Of a DNA stretch of 64,000 nucleotides, positions 40,665 to 48,005 are shown in pieces. Source of the DNA: Candidatus Poseidoniaceae archaeon (lineage in GTDB: Archaea > Thermoplasmatota > Poseidoniia > Poseidoniales > Poseidoniaceae); assembly GCA_938030705.1 (NCBI GenBank), contig CALHIR010000002.1, forward strand, positions 2,515 through 66,514. Reading direction: 5' to 3'. The notes under the pieces are model-generated. The model was not told the origin of the DNA, ran no database searches, and saw nothing but the letters and a program-made list of their open reading frames with translations. A program made the position numbers and the translations under genes. Positions within the stretch are counted from its first letter, which is position 1, and each line of letters begins with the position of its first letter.

Positions 40665-41324
40665 ATGTTCCAAGCCCTCGGTGTCCACGGTCCCGTGCTG
40701 ACGCCTCTCGCAAGTGCATTGGTGGACATCACGCTGGTTAGCGTCGCGTTTGCCTTCTTCCTCAGTGGCTCCCGCACCAACCGCATGACGATGGGGATGT
40801 TGGCCACCATGGTCGTTGGTATGGCGGCGTTGCGGGTGTTCATGCAACCGCTTCCCAACGTGCAACCGCTCACGGTGGCGGCCCTTCTGGTCGGCGCCCA
40901 CCTCGGAATTCGACGGGGCGTGGCGTTTGCAATTCTCGCCACGCTGCTGTCCAACCTGCTCATCAGCCACGGCTGGTGGACGCTCTTCCAAGCCGCAGGT
41001 TGGTCGCTCATCGCCTTCATCGGCGCCCGAGCAAACATCGTTCATAACGGGGAACTCAAACTCCAGCGACTGGCACTCGTCTCCGTTTTCTCCGCCATGG
41101 TGTTTGGTCTTGTATCCACGCTCTCGCTTGTGACCTTGTCGATGACGCCTTCTGCCTTCATGCTCTTGATCGCTCAAGGTTTACCCTTCGACGTCGTCCA
41201 CGCTCTTGGAAACCTCGCCTTCGTGGTTTGGATGGCCCCCTCCCTTCACCAGTTCCTCAGCGGATTAGCGGTATCGGAGAACGAATCGCTTGCGGTTGGT
41301 GAGGTCCATGGCATCGATGCATGA
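40665..41324 (+). CDS. ECF transporter S component, CbrT-like (cobalamin candidate)
   Basis: Six or seven TM helices; LRVFMQPLPNVQPLT, LLSNL...GWWTLFQ, GLPFDVVHALGN. Confidence 0.82.
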   Translation: MFQALGVHGPVLTPLASALVDITLVSVAFAFFLSGSRTNRMTMGMLATMVVGMAALRVFMQPLPNVQPLTVAALLVGAHLGIRRGVAFAILATLLSNLLISHGWWTLFQAAGWSLIAFIGARANIVHNGELKLQRLALVSVFSAMVFGLVSTLSLVTLSMTPSAFMLLIAQGLPFDVVHALGNLAFVVWMAPSLHQFLSGLAVSENESLAVGEVHGIDA

Positions 41325-41664
41325 CGCGCCGACCATGGCCCTCATCGTCCGACAAGATCTGGCGCTGAGCACGGGTAAAATCGCAGCCCAATGCGCCCAT
41401 GCGGCCGTAGAAGTCGTCCGTGCAGCACGCCGAACCCGCCTCCTGGAACGCTGGCGCGCTGGAGGTTCGCGGAAGATTGTCCTCGCAGCCGAAGACCTCG
41501 ATGCGCTACGCGAACTCCACGCCTCCATCCCCTCGGCCTGCCACGCCCATCTTGTGACGGATGCTGGCCGCACCGAAATCCCAGCTGGGACGGTGACCGT
41601 GCTCGGCCTTCTCGGCCCACGACGCACCATGGACACCTTGGTTCGTCATTTGAAAACACTTTGA
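41308..41664 (+). CDS. pth2: Peptidyl-tRNA hydrolase Pth2, paralogue 1
   Basis: VRQDLALSTGKIAAQCAHAA, KIVL, DAGRTEIPAGTVTVLG; start 41308 or 41317. Confidence 0.9.
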   Translation: MASMHDAPTMALIVRQDLALSTGKIAAQCAHAAVEVVRAARRTRLLERWRAGGSRKIVLAAEDLDALRELHASIPSACHAHLVTDAGRTEIPAGTVTVLGLLGPRRTMDTLVRHLKTL

Positions 41665-41676
41665 GGAGATGGTTAG

Positions 41677-42093
41677 GTGGGTTTGCGTTCCTTTCTCCAT
41701 CGCTTGACCGCACCAAAACCCATCCACCGCTCCAGCGATGCTCCTGTCAAGCTCGTGTGTGTTGTCAACCAATCCCTCAAAATGGGCAAGGGGAAGATTG
41801 CAGCTCAAGTGGGTCATGCCTCGGTTCAAGCCTTCCTCAACGCCGGAGTATCGCATCCAGCCGAGACCGAGGCGTGGTTGTCCTCGGGCCAGAAAAAAAT
41901 CTGCTTGAAAACTCCAGAAGCGAAGGATTTCGATGCGCTTCGTAAGGACGCCCGTCGCCTCAACATCCCTTCGCACCTTGTCCATGATGCAGGCCATACG
42001 CAAATTCCCGCCGGCTCCCAAACGGTTCTGGCACTCGGGCCGTATGATGAAACGGTGCTCGACGAGTTGACCGGCCATCTCAAATTGTTGTGA
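41677..42093 (+). CDS. pth2: Peptidyl-tRNA hydrolase Pth2, paralogue 2
   Basis: LKMGKGKIAAQVGHA, GQKKICLK, DAGHTQIPAGSQTVLALGP, TGHLKLL; GTG start with SD GAGGAG. Confidence 0.92.
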   Translation: MGLRSFLHRLTAPKPIHRSSDAPVKLVCVVNQSLKMGKGKIAAQVGHASVQAFLNAGVSHPAETEAWLSSGQKKICLKTPEAKDFDALRKDARRLNIPSHLVHDAGHTQIPAGSQTVLALGPYDETVLDELTGHLKLL

Positions 42094-42130
42094 ACACCGC
42101 ATTCATGAAGGAGAGCGTTGAGGCGTTTTC

Positions 42131-43177
42131 ATGCGCGAACATCCATCATCGAGAATCGATTTCCGTTCCGATACGGTAACGCAACCAACGCAGGCCATGC
42201 GGGATGCGATGTTCAAGGCGGCAGTGGGCGACGATGTGTTGGGCGATGACCCGACCGTCATCGAACTCCAAGATCGCGTGGCGAAGATGTTCGGCAAAGA
42301 GGCGGGCTTGTTCGTCGCCTCCGGCACCATGGCCAACGCCATTGCCTTGCGGACACACACGGTCCCGGGCGATGAAATCGTCTGCGATAAAACGGCCCAT
42401 ATCTATCGCTACGAAGGCGGCGGTTATGCTGCGCTTTGCGGGGCCTCCATCGCCCTGGTGGATGGCGTTGGGGGGCTGATGTCACCCGAACAGGTGCGTC
42501 AAGCCGTTCGTAAAGCCGAAGGCTCGGGCAGCCACTACCCAAACGGGTCGCTGGTTTGTGTTGAAAACACCTCCAACCTCGGTGGAGGCGCGTGTTATAG
42601 TCAAGAAACGTTGGATGAGATTGCCAAGGTGGCCAAGTCATTGGATTGCAAAACGCATGTCGACGGTGCGCGCATTTTCAACGCCTCACTGGCCACGGGC
42701 GTGGATGTTGCCCGCATGTGTGAGCACTACGACTCCGTCTCCATTTGTTTCTCCAAAGGGCTCGGCGCACCGGTGGGTTCGGTCCTCGTCGGTTCGTCGG
42801 AATTCATTGCTCGGGCTCATCGCTGGCGGAAGTTGTTCGGAGGGGGCTGGCGACAAGCAGGCCTGCTCGCTGCTGGGTGTCTGTACGCCCTTGACCACCA
42901 TGTTGAACGAATGGAACACGACCACCGTCGGGCCCTTGTTGTAGCCAACATGCTCAATCGCCTTCCGATGTTTTCGGTGGATATCTCGTCGGTTCAATCC
43001 AACATGGTTTATGCCGAGACCACCGAATCAGCGGCGGAGGTTGTCGCTAAATTTGCTGAACACGGCATTGACATGTTTGACCTCTCTGAAAACCGAATTC
43101 GAATCGTGATTCATTTGCACATCACCGATGAAGACATTGAACAATTCCAAGCCGTCTTGGACCGCCATTGGGCTTGA
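42131..43177 (+). CDS. ltaE: Low-specificity L-threonine aldolase
   Basis: DFRSDTVTQPT, VGDDVLGDDPTV, SGTMAN, HVDGARIFNA, PLP lysine in CFSKGLGAPVGS. Confidence 0.95.
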   Translation: MREHPSSRIDFRSDTVTQPTQAMRDAMFKAAVGDDVLGDDPTVIELQDRVAKMFGKEAGLFVASGTMANAIALRTHTVPGDEIVCDKTAHIYRYEGGGYAALCGASIALVDGVGGLMSPEQVRQAVRKAEGSGSHYPNGSLVCVENTSNLGGGACYSQETLDEIAKVAKSLDCKTHVDGARIFNASLATGVDVARMCEHYDSVSICFSKGLGAPVGSVLVGSSEFIARAHRWRKLFGGGWRQAGLLAAGCLYALDHHVERMEHDHRRALVVANMLNRLPMFSVDISSVQSNMVYAETTESAAEVVAKFAEHGIDMFDLSENRIRIVIHLHITDEDIEQFQAVLDRHWA

Positions 43178-43210
43178 GAACTTCATATACGCTCGGCGAA
43201 TTTGTTTGAT

Positions 43211-45568
43211 ATGAGGAGCGTACGCGAGATTGACTGCGAGCACAATCCCGAATCAAAACAAAAGGGCACTGTCTGTTCGCTTTGCCAATCGATCATCGAT
43301 TACCAACCTCGAAGCGGCTTCCAACCCTACCTTCGGGTCGAGGAGCACGAACGGGCCATGGTGTTGTTCGGGGGGCCCGGTGGGACCTCAAAGCGTCGCT
43401 GGGGCACGCTTTCCGCCAACGTGGAGCACATGGAACATGTCCAATGGGCCCGACTGGAAACCAACGACGATCCAATCATCGCCTTTCCTTCGTCTCTCTA
43501 TGAGTTTGATGCTCTGGCCGAGGCCATTGAACGGGGCGATAACCTCTCGCCTGCAGAAGAGAGCATGTTGCGGGAAGGCATTGAGTTCTTTGATGGCTCC
43601 ATGCTCCGGTTCATGGGTTCGACGTGGAATTTGAACGGTGTGCCCCTCCACGGCCTGAGCCTTTCGATTGTTTTTTCCTTGATGGGGCGACGGGAGGTGC
43701 GAAAAGGTTGGAACATTCCCGCCCTTCTGCTCGGGATTTCATCAGTGAATCCCAACTTGGGTGACCATCATCCGCTGATGCAACGATACCATCACGGCCG
43801 CCGAGAGATGCGTTCGCCGTACCGACCGCTGGCCAGCATGCTGGCATGGCTTTCGAACCGATTGAGGGTTGACCGTACGCTTTCGATGGATTCCAATGAA
43901 TGCGTACCGATGATGGCGTGGTCCCATGACATTCAAACCCGCATGTTCGAACAACAACCTGCTAACCTCGAAGGGATGTTTCAAAATGCACTTTCCAACC
44001 ACCCCCCGGGCCTGTTCCAAGCCTACGACACGCCTTGGATGCGAGCATGGCGGGCCCTTGAAGGCGCAGTGCAACGAGCTGAAACGCAAAAGTGGGCCAT
44101 GGACATCAATCGGAAGAACGTCCGAATCCGGGTGCGCACAGCCTCAGGAAAACTTCGGTTGATTCAGGTACCTACAGACCCGGTACTCTGGGCCTTTTTG
44201 ATTTCCATTACCCTCTCGCCCTTGAACAGCGAGGCCGGGCGTCTCTTGCTGGGCCTGCAGCACAATTGGTCTGTCCCTTATGTCGAACCGAACCAACCCA
44301 CGGGGCCCCTGGTCAAGTCGTTGGAATTTTATCACCAAATCATGAACGGGCTCGACACCAGAATCTTCGTTCAACACGCCAAAGCCTTGGTCATCGGCCG
44401 TCTTGGCCACCTTTACGAAATCGCCGTTGAACCCGGCCAACACGGGGCTCCATACTCCATTCAACATCTTGTTGATGTGGAGCCGAACGTCAAATTTCCC
44501 ATTTGTATCCACAGCGGGCGTATCGCGGAGACGGTGCCGCTGGGCGACACCATCGGGGGTGTTCTTCTCTCGATGGTGAACGACCTTGAGGCATCTCAAG
44601 ACATTGGGAGTTTGCAAGAACTTCTTCAAATCCATGCCCCCTTTGGTTTTCCAATAGAGGGCGTCCCCCGCGACTGGTTGAATGCGCTCAACATCGAGAA
44701 CATGGGGCTCCACTATCGCCACATCGTTCGGAATCTTGGCTGGTACCGGGAACGACGTGAGGTTGAACATGAGCGTCGACCGAACCAGGGGCTGCATGAA
44801 TTGCTCATCCGAAATCGCCATCATCGCCGGCGTCGTTCCCGCTCCTCTCAACGATGGAATTCACGCTATCACGCAAGGTTTGACCGGGACGGGACCTTCC
44901 CTCTCGATGAAGTCGTTGCGGCCTGGCGAAACACGGTCCATCCTTACGTGCCTGGCAGTTCCGAGGCTCACGTACACGGGGATTTCTTCGGCGGCCTTCA
45001 TGAAGGGTATTTTCGTCGTCGGTACCACCACCTGATGCCTCATCGACGATTTGACGATGTTCACGAAGAAGGCGACGTCCGAGATGGGGAACGTCGCTGG
45101 TGCGAAGTGTTCGCCAGGGCTTGGGAGGTGCTTGTCCTCCAACCGTTGGGTTCCAACGTTCGCATCCCCAATGAGGATGGCTTGCCACTCAGTTTTGAGC
45201 ACGCAGCCCTGCAACTGACGGTCCGCTCACAACTTGAACGCAATTTCTTACGCCGAATCGCTCAAAATCTCGGGTATGTTTTGGAAGTTGAGAACGGCCA
45301 TGATACCCTCTTCGTTCGTCGAGATCACCCGCGTCCAAACTCCCGCCTTCGATTGACCGACCTTCTTCGAGACGCCCAAGAACGACAGCGTGTGCGGGGA
45401 GCTCCACCGCGTTGGTGGAACTATGTGGATGTCGTTGAACCTCCCCGAGATGTCCCTCACTTCCGCTGGCAACTCCAAATTGATTACACCGATGACCGGC
45501 GTCCAATAAGAGACGACATGGATCGGCTCAATCGCGAGGAAGGCGATTTAGGCCCCCTCTTCGGCTGA
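43211..45568 (+). CDS. Large hypothetical protein: N-terminal putative Zn finger, central module shared with 23009..24007, Arg/His-rich patch
   Basis: CEH...CSLC; ALVIGRLGHLYEIAV...ICIH...VPLGD...LLSMVND; NRHHRRRRSRSSQRW. ATG 43211 has TTCATA 29 nt upstream. Confidence 0.8.
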   Translation: MRSVREIDCEHNPESKQKGTVCSLCQSIIDYQPRSGFQPYLRVEEHERAMVLFGGPGGTSKRRWGTLSANVEHMEHVQWARLETNDDPIIAFPSSLYEFDALAEAIERGDNLSPAEESMLREGIEFFDGSMLRFMGSTWNLNGVPLHGLSLSIVFSLMGRREVRKGWNIPALLLGISSVNPNLGDHHPLMQRYHHGRREMRSPYRPLASMLAWLSNRLRVDRTLSMDSNECVPMMAWSHDIQTRMFEQQPANLEGMFQNALSNHPPGLFQAYDTPWMRAWRALEGAVQRAETQKWAMDINRKNVRIRVRTASGKLRLIQVPTDPVLWAFLISITLSPLNSEAGRLLLGLQHNWSVPYVEPNQPTGPLVKSLEFYHQIMNGLDTRIFVQHAKALVIGRLGHLYEIAVEPGQHGAPYSIQHLVDVEPNVKFPICIHSGRIAETVPLGDTIGGVLLSMVNDLEASQDIGSLQELLQIHAPFGFPIEGVPRDWLNALNIENMGLHYRHIVRNLGWYRERREVEHERRPNQGLHELLIRNRHHRRRRSRSSQRWNSRYHARFDRDGTFPLDEVVAAWRNTVHPYVPGSSEAHVHGDFFGGLHEGYFRRRYHHLMPHRRFDDVHEEGDVRDGERRWCEVFARAWEVLVLQPLGSNVRIPNEDGLPLSFEHAALQLTVRSQLERNFLRRIAQNLGYVLEVENGHDTLFVRRDHPRPNSRLRLTDLLRDAQERQRVRGAPPRWWNYVDVVEPPRDVPHFRWQLQIDYTDDRRPIRDDMDRLNREEGDLGPLFG

Positions 45569-46442
45569 ACGCAACGGCCAAGCAAACCATGAGGGCGGTT
45601 GAGAACGTCGAAAGAGCAGGAGTGTCCTCACTCTCTTCTTCTGCTTCATCGGGCTGGATTGGTTCCTCGATCACGACCGGCATGATTTCGTAGATGAGGT
45701 GAATTTCCAAATCGTTGCCATCAAAGGGCGTCGGCAAGTTGACCATCGCCGTGCCCTGTGATGAATTTCCAACCCCAAGCATGCTGTGAACAATATGAGG
45801 GTAGGTGCCCAAACCGTTGGTGCCTTCATCAAAGTCGGCGGCGGTCTCAACAATCCAAACAGAAACGTTCAGGGTTGCGTTCTCAAGAAATTGTTCGTCG
45901 AGGTCCAAGGCCCACCCTACGGTGCCTGATGTGTTGCTCAAAGGCGTCCATGAAAAGGCGGTGCTGCCGCTACCAAGAGCCAAATCACGTTGAGCCAGGT
46001 TGGTGAATTCGTTGACCAACGTCCCGTCATCCGCAACGCTTCCGATCTTCTTCATCGTCCCGTTGAAAACGACTGCAGGCGGTGCGTTGAGTCCGTACTT
46101 GTCTCGCCACCGCTGGTCAATTTCTTCGCTTCCAAAGGGGTCTTGGGTCTCGCCGATGGACCGATGAATATGGTACTGTTGGAGATGACCAGCGAGCTGC
46201 ACGTCTTCGAGGGCGTGCTCCACGTCAACACAGTTCTCGCACCAGGTGGCCGTATACACCTCAACAACAGCGGTCAGATCACTCAAGTTGGTCGTGGTGG
46301 AAGCCGTGGTGTTCGCAGGTGTCCACTGGCCGCCGAAGACCATGCCGTTCTCAAGGTCTGTAGCGGGCAGCGCCATGGTTGAAGGGGTCGTCGAAGCAAG
46401 AAGCAAAATGGCAAGCAAGGTTGCAGTCCCGGTCAATCGCAT
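45528..46442 (-). CDS. Secreted thioredoxin-fold protein with C-terminal anchor
   Basis: Signal peptide MRLTGTATLLAILLLA; VEVYTATWCENC; cis-Pro region APPAVVFNG; acidic linker then TPALS + TM + RR. Confidence 0.82.
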   Translation of the reverse strand: MRLTGTATLLAILLLASTTPSTMALPATDLENGMVFGGQWTPANTTASTTTNLSDLTAVVEVYTATWCENCVDVEHALEDVQLAGHLQQYHIHRSIGETQDPFGSEEIDQRWRDKYGLNAPPAVVFNGTMKKIGSVADDGTLVNEFTNLAQRDLALGSGSTAFSWTPLSNTSGTVGWALDLDEQFLENATLNVSVWIVETAADFDEGTNGLGTYPHIVHSMLGVGNSSQGTAMVNLPTPFDGNDLEIHLIYEIMPVVIEEPIQPDEAEEESEDTPALSTFSTALMVCLAVAFSRRGGLNRLPRD

Positions 46443-46488
46443 GGACCCTCCGAGGCCCACCGAGGATATCAAACCGTCTTTGTTTGGC

Positions 46489-47649
46489 TCATTCCTCGGA
46501 TTCTTCTCCGACGTCCTCTTTGCTTGAAGGCTTCTTGGCCTCGTCCACAGGTTCTTCGAACAGAGATTCAGCTTCAGGGAATCGCCCCTCTTCGTACTGT
46601 TGTCGGAGAATGGCAAGACGACTCTTCAGTCCAGCACCGGTGCAACCAACGGCCTCAGCGATACCGTTGAGTTTCCCTTGGGCCAACTCCATTCGCTGAA
46701 GTACCTTGTACATGATACAGGCGGCGACCATGGGAACGGGCACGTTGGCCGTGGTTGCATCGACACTCGGTTCCCCGATGTCACTCATGGCCTTGAAGAA
46801 AGCGTCCATGACGGTGCCCAAGTCTTCGGCCTTCAAACGAGCAGCGAGCGCATCTTCGAGGTTGTGAACAGCCTTGTCCATGTCGTCTTCCCGGGCAGCG
46901 GCAAGGTGCAGCTGGTTGGGTCGGGGGGCCCATCCCATTCGGATACGAGCCAGGTAGTGCTGACGAATGATTTTCTTGGCGTTGATGAACTGCTTTTGAG
47001 TGATACCGTAGGTCTCCATCAACACTTTCTCGTTGATGCTGATGGTTCGGAACATCTTGGAAGCAAGGGAAGCGATGGCCAAGGCCATGATTTGCAAGTT
47101 GTCTTGTTCGGTGGCTCCTCGCAATTCAGGGTGCTCCTTTCCACCGGCTCGGCAAATGGCTGTCTTTGGGCACTTGAGCATACGCTTCTCGTTCGAACCC
47201 AATGTTCGTCGTCGTGCTTCCTGCCAAGGCTTCAGTTTACGTGCGGTTGTGCGCGCCAACAGTTCAACGGCCCGGGCCATGTCCGGCCCGAACATTTCTT
47301 GGATGGTGGCCATCAAGGAGGCGTACATGGGGTCAGTATCTCGCTGAGATGCAAGGTCCTTTCGAGCAAGGTCACGATACTTGCGGACGGTAGCTTTGTC
47401 CAATCGGTTACCATGGGCATCGAATTGATCGCCCCAGGGGTTCATTTTTGCCCCGTGCTTTGCTCCTGCAGTTGCAGCCCCTCGATTCACGGCCTCGTTG
47501 TGTCGGTTTTCTCCAAGTGAGCTACCGCTGTTGGTGTCTGCATCGTTCAGCATGTTTTCGTAGACCACGCCACAATTCATGCAGGACGCTTCTGCACGAG
47601 CATCATCAATTTCCAATTTTCCGCCACAATCTTCACACTTCTCTTTCAT
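46489..47649 (-). CDS. Divergent transcription factor B (TFB/TFIIB) paralogue
   Basis: Zn ribbon CEDCGG...CMNCGVV, B-linker-like DAHGNRL, two degenerate cyclin-like repeats (IMALAIASLASK; MVAACIMY...IAEAVGCTGAGLKSRL); SD GGAGG. Confidence 0.8.
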   Translation of the reverse strand: MKEKCEDCGGKLEIDDARAEASCMNCGVVYENMLNDADTNSGSSLGENRHNEAVNRGAATAGAKHGAKMNPWGDQFDAHGNRLDKATVRKYRDLARKDLASQRDTDPMYASLMATIQEMFGPDMARAVELLARTTARKLKPWQEARRRTLGSNEKRMLKCPKTAICRAGGKEHPELRGATEQDNLQIMALAIASLASKMFRTISINEKVLMETYGITQKQFINAKKIIRQHYLARIRMGWAPRPNQLHLAAAREDDMDKAVHNLEDALAARLKAEDLGTVMDAFFKAMSDIGEPSVDATTANVPVPMVAACIMYKVLQRMELAQGKLNGIAEAVGCTGAGLKSRLAILRQQYEEGRFPEAESLFEEPVDEAKKPSSKEDVGEESEE

Positions 47650-47682
47650 TTTTCTTCCTCCTATGTATCATGGGCTCCACCC

Positions 47683-47690
47683 TATTTAAA
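47683..47690 (-). promoter_or_regulatory. Canonical TATA box of the TFB-like gene
   Basis: TTTAAATA on the minus strand, about 41 nt upstream of the start codon, leaving room for a short leader with GGAGG. Confidence 0.6.
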
Positions 47691-48005
47691 CATCATGTCG
47701 CATAATATCTCCTGCAATCTTCTTGTCTCGTTCAAAAAAACAGAATCTGGACATCACGTTTCTCATCAGGCCCCCATGACCATTTCATATTTATCAAAAC
47801 TAGTTTATATACTTTGCCCTAAAAACCCCATGCTGGATTGGAGAAAACCTCTCAGCCAAGGACAACGCATCTGCATTGAGAAGAGAATCAAAACACTGGC
47901 GCTTCCCTATTTGAACCTCGCGACGCTCCGTCAAGCCGGAACCAAAATCCGGCCCCCTCATCTTGAAATAGGCTCGTGTGCGTTCTCTTAGACAGGCTGG
48001 TTTTC

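Noticed and set aside
40624-40720. Possible cobalamin riboswitch before the ECF S component (contains GGGAA)
   Set aside because: The gap is only 41 nt and I could not find the B12-box or the conserved multi-stem core.
47695-47991. 98-aa ORF in the AT-rich intergenic region
   Set aside because: Atypical codon usage, no motif, no SD or correctly spaced promoter; more likely non-coding.
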